Positions 1 to 13,600 of a stretch of DNA of 64,000 nucleotides are shown here, one piece after another. The notes under the pieces were generated by a model, which saw only the letters and a program-made list of their open reading frames with translations, was not told the origin of the DNA and searched no databases. Made by a program: the position numbers and the translations under genes. This stretch comes from Antedon mediterranea (taxonomy: Eukaryota; Animalia; Echinodermata), in NCBI RefSeq assembly GCF_964355755.1, contig NC_092678.1, forward strand, positions 22,585,365-22,649,364. Reading direction: 5' to 3'. Every line of letters starts with the position of its first letter. Position 1 is the stretch's first letter.

Positions 1-2409
1 ACAGAAAGTAACGTACAGATGCATACAGATACCCTTTTCTCACATTCTTTTATCCCTATCATAAACAAGCCAACGCGTGTAACAGCAAACACAGCTTCAA
101 TAATCGACAATATTCTTACGAATTCACAGCAATATCATCAGATAGAATCAGGAATAATTTATACGGATATTTCAGACCACTATCCTATCTTTTGCATAAA
201 TAAATCGGTTAAGACTCCAACAAAACATGTACACAAATATAAGTTACAGCGTAGCTACTCCCGTCGCAATCAAGAACTATTCAGAACTGAACTAGAACGG
301 CAAGACTGGGAGAATGTAATTAGCAGCTGTTATGCAAATGAGTCGTACGTTAACTTTCATAACACACTAAATAGACTGATAGATAAATGCTTTCCCTTAA
401 AAAATATACACGTGAGAGCAAATATAAATAAATCTCCGTGGATCACTGAAGGTATTGCAATATCAATTCGTAAGAAAGAAAAACTATACAGTTTGTATAG
501 AAAAAATCCGACACTTTATAGAAAATCTAAATACACTAACTACAGAAATAAATTAACTAAACTAATACGACTAAGAAAAACGAATTACCTGAATGAAGAA
601 TTTGAGAAAAATAAAAATAACTCTAAAAAAACATGGCGAAATATTAACAATTTATTAGGAAAAAATTACAATTCGGGAAAACCGTCAAAGATGTTCTTAA
701 ATACAAACTATTACAACAATGAACAAGATCAAGCGGAAGCAATGAATTCATATTTTATTAATATTGGCAAAAATATAGCAACTGATATAAAAAATAAAAG
801 AAGTAATAGAATAGATCCACTAACGTTAATGTCTGGCAATTACGCCAATTCTATGTTTATTAGGCCAGTAAATGAACATGACATTAAGAAATATATTGAT
901 AATCTAGATATAAGTAAGTCACCTGGTAATGATGGAATTGGTGCTCGTTATATTAAACCATTTTCGCAATGCCTAACAATACCGATTAAACATATTGTTA
1001 ATATATCATTGACAACTGGTTGCTTTCCAGATGAATTAAAGATTGCCAGAACTGTGCCTATATTTAAGGGTGGCGATGAAAATGACATAACAAATTATAG
1101 ACCTGTTTCAGTCTTGCCTTGTATTTCTAAAATTTATGAAAGGGTTGTGTATGATCAAACGACTCAATACCTTGACAAACTTAACATCATTAATAAATCA
1201 CAGTTTGGTTTTCGAAAAAACCACTCTACGAGTCATGCACTTTCACAAACAATAGAAAAAATTACTTCAGCAATAGATGAACAAATGATAAGTATCGGCG
1301 TCTTCCTAGACCTTTCTAAGGCATTTGATACGATAGATCATGAGATTCTCTTACAAAAACTCAAATTTTATGGTATTCGGGGCATTGTTCTTGAATGGTT
1401 TAAGAGCTACTTATATATGAGAAAACAATATGTTCACATGGGAAATTGTAAATCAGAATTAAAACTGATTGAATATGGAGTACCACAAGGCTCAATTCTT
1501 GGGCCGTTACTTTTTATAATTTATACAAATGACATTGTTGAAAGTAGTAAATATTTAGAATTTGTCATTTTTGCTGACGATACTAACGTATTTTTTAAGC
1601 ACAAAGATATAAACCTTTTAATTAACACTTTAAATACAGAATTAAGTAAATTAAGTGATTGGTTTACTGCAAACAAATTGAGTCTGAATACAAAGAAGAC
1701 CAAGTTTATCGAATTTAGAAGCATGTATAAGAAAAAAGATACCAATAACTATACTTTATTTATTAATGATGTTGAAATTGAAAGAGTTAGTAAAATTAAG
1801 TTCTTAGGTGTCATTCTTGATGAGTTTGTAACATTCCATGATCACATAGATATCATTACTATGAAAATTGCAAGGGTCATTGGTGTAATGAACAAACTTA
1901 AATATATTGTTCAATCAGATGTTTTGTTAATAATGTACAACTCGTTAATTTTACCTCACCTAATATATGCAATAACTATTTGGGGAGTTGCGGGGGCAAC
2001 AAAGCTACAGAGAATACATATACTTCAAAAACGAGCGATCAGAATTATATGTAAAGTGCATTATCAGCATCCATCAGCAAATTTATTCTATAACAAAAAC
2101 CTATTGAATATTTTTGACTTGTATGAAAAGTACACTGCTGTATTTATGTTTCAATTCCGTATGGGCAATTTACCAGTTTCATTTAACTCTTTTTTTACAA
2201 AAATGGAATCTGTACATGAGTATGGTACGCGGAAGAAGAGTGATTTCCGTATTCCTCTAAAAAGAACAAATATAGGACAAAGAAGTATTGCCTATAGAGG
2301 GGCAAATATTTGGAACCGTTTACCTGAAAACATAAAGTGTGAAACTAAAATCGGAAAATTTAAAAAGGAAATACAACAACTATTAATAAATAAATACTCA
2401 CTCATGTAG
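1..2409 (+). mobile_element. CR1/L2-group LINE ORF2 (end of APE endonuclease plus reverse transcriptase), frame open off the left edge
   Basis: Uninterrupted frame from position 1 to the stop at 2409. Endonuclease C-terminal motifs PTRVT..SIIDNIL..ISDHYPI and RT motifs NYRPVSVL, QFGFR, FLDLSKAFD, GVPQGSILGP, FADD, KFLG. 3' UTR has a stem-loop (2490-2527) and AATAAA (2598-2603). Lies just upstream of the first visible SPF45 exon, i.e. in an intron. Confidence 0.95.
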
Positions 2410-2721
2410 AGTTCACTTTTGTTACTTTTACTTTTTATTTCTATTTGTACTTTTATTGTTTTATTTGCTAATTAGATATCTGTATTATAGGGTAATGCGT
2501 TTAAGAGCTTCGGCTCATTGCATACCCGTTTTGTATCAAATAAGTTTATAGAAATATTCTTGTGAAAGAAATACTGTATTATTTTGTTGTTGATACAAAT
2601 AAATGGTACGTATATAGTACCGCGAATGATGATAAACATTCATTATTTGTACCATTCCACTCATAAACATTCATTATGTGTATATTATTTACTACTGTAA
2701 TGCATTTTTGTATTTTTTTAG

Positions 2722-3339
2722 AACATGGTCGGTCCCGGTGAGGTTGACGGAGATCTTGAACCTGAGACAGCAGAAGAATGCACGAAGTACGGAGCGGTCA
2801 CAAAGGTCGTCATATATGAGGTCAGTCAGTTTTTTTAAACAAACATTTAAACTACATACATGCATACATTTTATTTGTATTTATTTATTTATTTTTTTTT
2901 TTCAACTAATGAGAGTACTTTGGAAAGAGTTTTTAATAATAAGTGTTTATTTTTTACAGGAGCCAGAAAAAGTGGAAGAGGAGGCTGTGAGAATCTTTGT
3001 TGAATTTGCCAGAATGGAATCGGCAATCAAAGGTTTGTTTTCTAAAAAATTTAATTCAGTATTCGGGACCAAACAAAATAGTTTTGTGTCATGGGATAGT
3101 TTCTCCCTAATAGAGGTATCCTATAGGAGGAGTTCTGCTGTATTTTTGTGATTAATGTGTTGATTAAACATGTATTGAGAATATAGGATTAAACATTGAA
3201 GTTGTGATTTGCTTATAATTGTGTGTTTTTTTTTTCAACAGCTGTTGTAGATCTAAATGGAAGGTATTTTGGCGGAAGGGTCGTGAAAGCCTCGTTTTAT
3301 TCTGTGGAAAAATACAAAAACTACCAACTAAATGAATGA
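2722..3339 (+). CDS. RBM17: Splicing factor 45 (RBM17/SPF45), last three exons encoding the UHM domain
   Basis: Exons 2722-2820, 2960-3032 and 3242-3339 (GT-AG) splice to NMVGPGEVDGDLEPETAEECTKYGAVTKVVIYE-EPEKVEEEAVRIFVEFARMESAIK-AVVDLNGRYFGGRVVKASFY...*, which matches the SPF45 UHM including the RYF motif. Confidence 0.95.
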
Positions 3340-3605
3340 TTAATAAACTTTATTTATAAACCTTAGCTTGTCATTTTATAGACTGAGCACATCTCGTAAA
3401 ATGTGTACATACTGTATTCATTCAGAGGAATGCAGACATGGCCCTGGTGTGGGTATTTATGCTTGGGATACATATTTGGTACAACTTTCATCTAGTATCC
3501 AGCATCAGATATTATAAACGTTTTTTTAAACAATCTGTGAAGACCATTTAAACATTTAAAAAATATTTGTTTGGTGGAGGCAACACTGCAGAACTGATAT
3601 ACTCA

Positions 3606-3748
3606 AGCATGGTTCTCACTAGCGACGCAACCTACGCAACGTAAGAAAATACCCTTCCAATGATTGTGCCCCCACCTGCATTGCGTCGTCAGTTCCCACA
3701 TGTGATTATGCAATACATATGTCGCTGTGTTCTAGTAGGAACCATGCT
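3606..3748. mobile_element. MITE, PIF/Harbinger-like
   Basis: TIRs AGCATGGTTCTCACTAG and CTAGTAGGAACCATGCT, flanked by TCA and TTA (TNA-type target), downstream of the RBM17 stop. Confidence 0.6.
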
Positions 3749-4123
3749 TTAAAATGGACATATTAATATACTGTCAGTATTCGGTCTTTTTATGTATTAT
3801 TTTTTCTGAACTTAAATGAATTCAAATAGTGTGTCATAATAAAGTACATAAATAAAAAAGCCAAATATTTTCTTCTTTTGCTGGTCACTTCCAATATAAA
3901 TGGTTAAGATAGTTATTTCTTAAACTAATTTATAAATACTTGAGTACAGTAATAATATTGTAATAATGTGATGATGATTCACACAATAAATAAACTTATT
4001 TAAAAATCAGTTTATTTTTGTATTTAATGATCAGTAGGCCTACAATTTATGTTTTTTAATGCAATTTGTACACCAGAACATTGGGTTTTTCATTATGTCG
4101 CCCTCTATAATGTTTCTAAGTCG

Positions 4124-4150
4124 GTTGCTAGTGTAAATTGCGCATGAGCA
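4124..4150 (+). promoter_or_regulatory. Candidate promoter motifs of the CCDC162-like gene (X-box half site, NRF1-like site)
   Basis: GTTGCTA at 4124 and TGCGCATGAGCA at 4139-4150 (one mismatch to the NRF1 palindrome), about 500 bp upstream of the ATG at 4662. Confidence 0.3.
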
Positions 4151-4661
4151 GTTCAACTCAAATCAGAGTTCGTCTTACAGAACTGAGTACGAGTCTTAAT
4201 TTTTTTTCTCGATGGTATACAGCGTAAAATATTTGCAAGAAACAAGAAAAAGATGGTTTATATTTAAGTAAATTGATCAGGTTTTGTTTTTATTTTCATT
4301 TTAGTGAAATCCAAATCAATTACCGAATGGCTTAGCCGGACTTAGTTGACAGTTAAGGAAGTCGGCCAGGCTGCCTTGTTTTTGTTTTGGTGTGGAAAGT
4401 AGTACGGCCCAGGGCCTTCATACCACGGCCCGAGGCCTTCAGAGCGGTGTCAGGCCTCAGGGCCTAGGCATTGTTTTTAATTTTATGTTATACATTGTAA
4501 GATGAAGAAAACAATTAAAATATGATTTGATCAGATTCAGTAAATTTACCAATAAAAGGTTTTAAATTTTATTTTTTAAAACTGAAATTATGTTATTAAA
4601 CTTATAAAACAAATGTTTTAAATATATAATTTTTTAGAATGAATAGTTATTAGCGTCAACT

Positions 4662-7600
4662 ATGGTATCTATCACTGATTTATATCAAGTCGGTGGAAGC
4701 GACAGAATTAAGAACATCGAAGATGAACTCCAAAATGAATTGACGGACTTGAAAAATGACATTGAAGAAAATGAAGCTTTTGGACCATCTTCACGAGTGG
4801 CAAGGTAAATATATGTGTCATGAGCGATTTTTATTAGTTTTTCACAAAATAGCTAAATTTTAATTAAGCTAGTTATTTTGTGATGTACCATCACATTTCA
4901 TCTGTATTGTTTTTTTATCATAGCTCGGTGCCACTGCCGCAAAGTGTTGAACACTTTCGGAAACAAAGAGAGTTGACGATCAAGAGAACAATGGAGGTAA
5001 AAAAATGCTTATATGAAAAAACTATAAACAAAAACCAAGCAGATCCCAACCAAACATCTACAAATTTTGTTTGATCTTTTTTTTGTAGGTGAGTGAAGGT
5101 AAACCTTTGGTAGTTCAAGCCAGTGTGATGCAAAACGAATTGGATAATTGTACCAAACTGGAATATACGGACGAAAGTCTTCCACTTATATTACACCAGG
5201 TAGGCTCCCTCCCCTCCCCCACCCATAACTGCTTTGGAGGGGAGTGGTAAGACTTCTCCCTAAAATACAAAAAAAAAAAATCAGTAGAAATGTATACCCA
5301 AACCAGTGATGTACAGTAGCCACAAGAAATGCAGTAGTGCGGTTTTCGCAAGAAAAGGGAACAATCTCTGTTTAAATTGGTTGTCAAAGGCCTCTGTGAA
5401 AAAGTGGTCAGGTTGGAAACCTTACCAACCGTACTGGTGGCTACGGATCTAAAAATGTATGAAAGCCCCTTAAATATATGGTGAATTGAAACTAAAACAT
5501 CCAAATATGGGACAATCCTCACTTCTTGTTTTTCTATCAATACTATCCTATCAATTTTCTCACAGCTCTTGTGTTTTTTCATATAGTTCTACTGTGATAG
5601 AATCCAGCAGTTAGTGCAGTGTAAGCATATGCACATGCTACGATGGAAACGTTTTTGTGAGCATACTCGTGTCTTGGAGTCTTTGTTTCCAATTTACCAG
5701 AAAAGATTAGAGTAAGTACACAATTGTATAGATCATCTCATCTTCCAACACTGTGCAGTCATTGATCGCACATGGATAGATGTATTGATATGTTCTTGTT
5801 ATTGTATATTTAGAAGACAATTTAAAAGATGTTTTGAAAAATCCCAAGCTCTGCAACCTTCTGTATCTGTATGACGTACAAACACTATAGCTGGTTATCA
5901 TGTACATTGGTCAGAGGTCAAGTGCAAAAAAGATTATAGAACCCCTCCTTGACTTGTATTATTATTATACCTTATAATAGGTCAAGAGTTTATATTGTGA
6001 ATTCATTTCAGGCACATAATGTCCGAGTACAATGACGCAATTGCTCGTGCCAGACGACTGCACGTAGCTCATGAGTCGCATTTGTTGGGTAAAGGTACAG
6101 CAAAGAATGCTATCAACTTAGAGGATATGATGATTTATACAAGATGGCTTACCTGTCATTTCCACGCTACAAAGACCATCAATTCATACTTAAAGGTACA
6201 GTACGCTACTTCTTAAAGGTACAGTACACTACTTCTTAAAGGTACAGTACGCTACTTCTTAAAGGTACAGTACGCTACTTCTTAAAGGTACAGTACGCTA
6301 CTTCTTAAAGGTACAGTACGCTACTTCTTAAAGGTACAGTACGCTACTTCTTAAAGGTACAGTACGCTACTTCTTAAAGGTACAGTACGCTACTTCTTTC
6401 AAGATGATTGAATATTTGTGACTGCCGAAGAGGATTCATTTGGGCAATAGAGTGATAGATATCCCATCAGTTATGAACAACCTTTACTAGGACCCAACAA
6501 TGTGTGATAGATGCCCTGTTGGGTTAGCCTTATCTCTTATAGGAGTGTCCTCTGAATAGAGGTGTCTCAAAGAAGACAGAGTTAGTTAAGATGTTAAAAT
6601 TATTAAAAATTCAGTTTTATATTGTCTTACTTTATTAACTAGCTTATCAGCGGATATATTTTTCAAAAGATTGTTACTTGATTGTAGAATATTTCGCTTA
6701 ATTTTAACAGGTACTTGAATACATCCCTTCTGCTCACAAGCACGACACTATACCACCAGTTCCACGAGACATTGAACAAAGCCTAGAGAAACAAGATAAA
6801 GATGAAAACAAAATTTCTACCTCAGTTTTAGAAGTTAAATCGAAGTGGTTTGATTCTTCTAGGCGGTCTCCTGGTCTATCAAACCCTGCATCTGTCTTAG
6901 GCCGGCCGACCTCTGGAAGTTCAATGACTGTACCTAACTCACCCCCACCGGCATCATTCATAGCAGGGACAAACACAGTCCCACCCACAGCAGCTGGGAT
7001 TGCTACCGCTGCTGCAGCAGGGGGAGGCCCAGCATCTGACGGAACCACATTGAGGCTTCCTTTTCATGAGTGTGATTTCACAGCAATAAAACCTATGTTG
7101 GAGTTCTTGTGCACCTGCTATGGCATTAATATGGTATGGTTTAAGCTCTTTTCTACCTGAAGCTTTTTCTACACTATCAAACCAAACATGGTAGTGATAT
7201 GACCAAATATGGTATTTATATGACATCATCATGTCCATATATTGGCACATCCATTTTTTTTGTCACATAAACTTTGATAGTGTAGACAGAGCTTTAGGCC
7301 TATACTTTAGTGTTTCCTATGATCTTATACACAGTAAGTCCAGGGATCTGTTCCAACATCGAAACCATGTGTTACTCTAGGTAATGTAACTGTATATAAA
7401 GGTCAACTTGCAATCTCTTTACTATTAAACATTACAGTATCTTTTTCTTTAGGATTTGAATTCCATTAACAGCACCTCTGATGAGATGGAGTTGATTACT
7501 CACGTCAATCGCAGATTCAAGACTATCTTTGCTAAACAAGAAAAACAAAACACGTTCCCTACTTACGATAAATTTGAGGTAGGTTAAGAAAAACAACTCT

Positions 7601-10600
7601 CTCGTATTCATATATTTTATTTTAATAAAATCTTTTCAATCTATTAAATTGTGAGAGAGAACCTAACATAGTATTGTTGTTTTTTGTAATTTCAGATCGG
7701 ACAGGAATCCTGGGGTGCTGATATGTCCTCACATTCTTTGAAGAAAGAAGCAAACTGGTTGTCATTTGTTAAACTGAAGTATGGCAAATATTTATACAAG
7801 ATATATTTTTACAGGTAATAAGTACGAAGGCAGACAAAATTATTTCAATTATTCTGTACTTTTATTTGTTTCAGGCCAACAAAGGAACCTATACAAGAAA
7901 GAAACATGACCAAACTTCGTCAGAAAAACAACATTGATGAGCTTCTGAAAGCCCAAACAAAGTTTCTTTCAATTTCTGATTCAGTGGTTAGTAAACTTGC
8001 ATTATTATTTAAGAAGAGTTGAGAACATTTAGGGAGGGTTGTTGGTTAGTTAGATTTGACTATTTTCTAAATTGAAGTGAATTAGAATGTCTTTGCTTTT
8101 TTAAATTTCATGTAGAAAGTTCAAGAAGCATTGAAAAGCCATGCAGCAGTTGTGAAAGATACCCCAGAATGCAACCCCGTGTCTGTGACATCACACCGCA
8201 CTAGCAAAAACACAAATGCAATATGGAGAAAGATCTACTGCAGTCACAAACTATATGATGGGTAAAGATCTGTGTACACTATCAAACTTTGATGTAATTT
8301 CTACCTACAGTAGTTCAAGCATTGTGGTGGTAGCGCTTTAGAGAAAAATTACACTCTACAAAAGACAATTATTATATTATCTATAATGCAAATGTTGGTG
8401 TTTTTTTAGTTCCAGTAAAGAAGTTGATTATACAGTAACCGAGTTTGACGAAAAAGAAACAGACAATGTCAACTTTGCTGGTCGATCTTCAAGATCCTCG
8501 GCATTATCCTCATCAAATAGACGGAATGGTGATGACGATGGTGATTTCAACTATCAGAGTGCGATGCAGATGCTAGGCCTAGACGATGATGATAGTGGAA
8601 GTCAAAATCCAACCTCTCTACAGGGTGGCTACCTGTCTCTCCTGAACCTTAGGCACCTACGGATACGGGATCTTAAAAGAACAGTGAGACACTATTATTT
8701 TTGTTGTTTATCTTCATAGTTTTTAAATTAAGCCATTGCAGTCTTAAGCTCTGTCTGTTTGACAAGAAAGTGTATACACTGTATGAAGTTTTAAGTGTAT
8801 ACTAGTTGACTTATATTCATAGCATTCTCTTAGAAAATTCTGTCTGTTCTTCTCCTGCCAATTGTGTCATTGATTCTTTTCTTTGCAGTGTTTGAGTGTA
8901 TTGAATTACTTCAGGTCTGTGGAAAGAACTTTGACCATTAATGATGGTGGACTATCACTGGAGGCTGGACAACAAAAGAGGTCCAGGTAATGAATAAATA
9001 ATTATAATTCTGAAAGCTAAGATTTAGATAGTGATAGAAATAGATATAAAGATAACCATGCATTAATTATTTATTTTTCAGCCAACAGAATCACCGTGTG
9101 TCTACCACAGATGGAGGTATGATTGGAGGAAGTATTGGAATCGGTAACCATGGCTACTTACATTATACTCCAGCAGATTTTAAGGTGCAAGAAAGTGCTT
9201 TCATGGAATTTTCCGAAATCGAAAATCATGATGATTATTACAGCATTGATGAAGGCAGAGTACATGTACAGGATCAGAGAGGGTACTATGTTATATATGA
9301 TGTAGCAGTCAACGATCTTAAGTTAGTATTTCACAATTTTTCATTCTGGTCCTTTTTTTTCTATAAATATAACTAATATTTACATTAAATATATAATATA
9401 CTAAAGGAGTCTGATCATCTATAAAATATTTTCTTCCAATGGATATAAAATTGATTAGGATGAGATTTGAACCTGCCATTTGTTTTATGAGGATGGGTGA
9501 CATTACCACCAGACCATAATAATAATATTTTATATGTGTATACAGAAATCTAGAGCATGACCTGTTATTGGTAGCTAGTCACTATTTGGAGAAAGATCGA
9601 GAACGAAGACTAAAAGAAAATGGTGTTGGGCTTCCGAGGACTCACAGGTTAAGGGTCAAACACGCGGTATTAGCAGCTTCAGGCGGAGTTGATCTACCCA
9701 GCTATGGTCATCTACAAATTGACCGGTTTGCAGTTTTACTTGACCTGTGGACGAACGAAGCCGAATATCTTGAAAACAAGAGACAGGTATTATCTGTTTT
9801 TAGTTTTTCTCTATAAATATATTTATGTATGTTTTGCTACTTTTTGTTAGTTTTTATGTTAATTTTATTACTTCTTTTTGGTTAGCTCCTAGACTGCTAT
9901 CTAGAAGCCTACCAACATGTATTTGACATGCATGAGAAGCGAGCCTTGGCCCAAACTATCACCGACATCATGTACAGACGCCCTCGCTTGGATTTCTCAT
10001 CAAATTATTTTATCAGCAATTACCGAATGGAGACAATAGTGTTGAGGCTTAACTGCAAACTTATCAAATCTATTCTGGACAAACAGGTAGGCCTAAATGA
10101 AGTAAACAGAGAGAATATGAAGGCTGTTATTAAGTTGTTTAGGGTTGATACTTACTGAATGTGAGGCCTAGCATCTCTTCTGGGTGGAATAATATGATCT
10201 AGCTCTAACTAAATCCACTTTACTATCTTCTAGATTCAAGATCAGAGAGAGTATATTCAACGTGTGTGTAGAGATGGTGATACTGAATTTGGACTACCCC
10301 ATCGTATCATACCAAAACAGCCAGTTGCTATTAATCTTAGCAGGTAAATCTTGCAGTAACACCTTTGATTATTTACATAATGACAAGCATTCATCTATGT
10401 TACTGAACTCAACTCAAAGCATTTATTTATAGCTGTATTTAAAAGACATGTTACAAAAGTTCTCAGAATGGGTTATGCTTAAAACATTATGAAAAAATGA
10501 CTCTCACTGTCTAATAATTGTTAACTTATTCGTTTCTAGGCCAGCACTTAGTCATGTATATCTTCTGGAATTCCATCCCTCCTTGGCATTGGCAAGTAGG

Positions 10601-13600
10601 CTTCCAACAGCTCTCAAGTATGCATACAATGTAGGTATATTTTGTTATTACTTACCACTCCAAGTCATTTCTTGATCTGAACATTTTGTCTATGTATTTC
10701 CATTGTGCAGTTTTAAACTAAATAATAAGTGACACTAATAATAGTATTGTTTTTGTAGGAGCTAACAAACGCTCATATGCCAAAGACGGTCACTGAACAA
10801 ATCTACATGGAGAAGAGATTGCTAGAAATTGCCAACAAAGAATGGGAAACGTTGGAACCAATTGGCACCAGCTTTACCAATCAAATACAACGAGATGTGC
10901 GTACAGTTTTGTTCAGAAGTTTGCATATACCACATACACCACTCTGAATATAAGACAGTCTTGAACCTGCCCACAGAGACAGTGTGATTGATATATGGTA
11001 GGCCTAGGAGCTTAAAAAAGACTAATTTTTTTTATTGAAATTATTTTCATTCTTACAGGTGTTCTCAGATGTGTTTGCGGAGGATCCGTTGTTTATGTGT
11101 GAAATGGGTCAGTCGATGTTGAATGCAATAGAGGCTACAGCAGGTAGAAGAAGTCAGAAAGAAAAACAGCAGGATATTCTTAAAGTGTGGAGCCGCTTAC
11201 TCGAGGCAAATATTAAAATTATCTTCTTTTCCAACTCCTAGAATTTAAAACTCCTGTTAAGGTTGATGAATGTAATTTAAAGAAAGAAGTAACATAAGAT
11301 TATAATAGATTTATATTTTTCATTTTGTAGACCATTACATTGCGATTTCGTTTGATGGATGCGTCATTTGAAACTGAGGTTTTATCCAATGTAAGTATTA
11401 ATTTTCAATTATTGAGGAGTCGTTAAAGTGTATAGTAGTTATAGATCAATGTTTACCAAAACTAATACTTTAGTAAATCGTGAAAATGGTATTTACTTGC
11501 TGCCCTCTACAGCTTTATCGTCAACATGCAAATGAGCTTGGTTTTGACGATTGTCACTTGTTCTTGAGATGCGTCCAGTTTGAGTTTGCAAACTTCAAAG
11601 ACAATGCCGACCAACCGCCACCACTGTTTATCACTGCTTTACAAGAGGATGACTCCAATCTTGACAGGTATCATATGTTCACCCAAACTTAATTTTCCCA
11701 AATCATGAAAAAATTATTAAAATATTCCAACTATACTTGGATACCTTTAATATATGTTGTTTATTTTTTACTAGATATACTCCTGCAAAACTATTTCTAG
11801 CAATTCATGAACTTGATGAAAAACATGTTGGTTCCTTCAGTTTCAGAACAAGAGAGGGCTACTTGAAGGTAAGACTAACAGTAACACTAAGCTTTTCTGA
11901 AGTTTAAATATCTGTAGTTCCCATTTAATTGACAGATATTTTTAAACTGATTATTCTGTATTTCTTTTGTTATTTCCATAATATTAACTACACTACAAAT
12001 TTGTGACAAAAAAAAATGTGGTGTGCTCATATATGGACATGATGATGTCATATCACTACCTTTTTGGGCACCACACAGTTTTTTTGTCAAACTAGTTTGA
12101 TAGTGTAGACAGATCTTAAGTAATGATCTCTTTTTTATTCCGGTTGTTAGGTACTTCGAGGCAGTGGTATGGAAAGCTTACAGACTGTGTTAGCAGTTCA
12201 GGTTGCGCACAAGAACGCCCTCTTGTGTGCCGTGCAACAGGCTAGTGTTTGCTCATACTTTAGAGAAGCAATTTTGCAAGAAAACCCAAAAACGTAAGTA
12301 GCATTTAAGTTTGCGGTATATATTGTAACAACACTGCCTATTGTCTGAGTTTTGTTCCGAAACCGAAACGAAAGACAACTTGAAATTAAGATAAGAACTT
12401 TGATCTTATGTCTGGCTGCGACAAATACCAACAGTACTGTAATATGTGCATATTTTCTGTGGTGCACAGTGTCTGTTAAGGGACGTAGAACTGATCGTGT
12501 CACAGCCACAGATAATCCCTTTGATCTCTGGAGCTCAGCATCCTGTTGTTAGATTATCTTACTACTACTGTACCATATTGGTGGCACATTGATATTTGTA
12601 CAAATGTTGTTACCACCAGTGAAAGGGAGCCAGAAGAAAAGAGTGAGAAGATTTCCTTGAAAGTCCCTAAGGTGCCAAATACATCAGTGATGGGTGTGAC
12701 ACAGTCTGTCATGTATGCAGCAAAACTAAAGACAAGCATTGGAAGGGGACGGAGGTCGCCAGAGGCTTTTGTGTCATTACAACTGGAAAAGGTAAGTACT
12801 TAAATGTGGAGTCTATCAGAGCAAAATGAATCGTAAAACATGGCATGCATCGTAAGCAGAATTGAGATAATGCTCTTTACTTTAGCATCCTTAAACAGTC
12901 AAATTTTTCGTTTATAATTTTTATTTCTCTTTTTTAGGCTCCTTCTCGCGATGTTATGTTGAACAATTATCTGAACAAGAAGTCTTCAATGGGTACTGTA
13001 CTTAAAAACCAAGAGGAAGTTGAGAAACTGAAAAGGTAATCTTTTAATTTATCCTGAATTAAGCAAGCAAACTTATAGAATCGGTATTTTATAGGCTACG
13101 TACGGTATATAATTGTTTCTCTGTACTGCTCAAGTAGCTTATTGGTAGTATATCATCCTAGTACAAAACACTATCTATCACAAATCTATTTAGACCTCAC
13201 TATGATTTCCTCCATTGTCTTTCAGAACACTGATTGGTGGTTTTTGTCATCGATTTCTGCGGCGAATATCTCAGTATTCAATGCGGGGTCAAATCATTGC
13301 ATACTTGAATACCATTGAAGATTTACTAGATGGATTTCCAAGTCTGCGGAACTCGCATTTTATGGTTGGAATGCCGGGAGAAAAGAAAACCAAACTCGAT
13401 GACAAAGAAGGCTTGTTAGAAGATCCAAGGTATGAACATTTGAAATTTCAAAATAGATTACGTAATAAACAGTTCAACTAAAAATAAATAAAAACGATAA
13501 TTTGTCAGAGCATAGACAAACAAAAACCCAATGACTTCCAACTACCTTAGATGACAGGTATCATGTCTCTTGCTTTCATCTACGGTCCCAGTAGCCTATT

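Noticed and set aside
6189-6398. 23-bp repeats as CRISPR repeats
   Set aside because: Contiguous units with no spacers, derived from an exon-intron junction.
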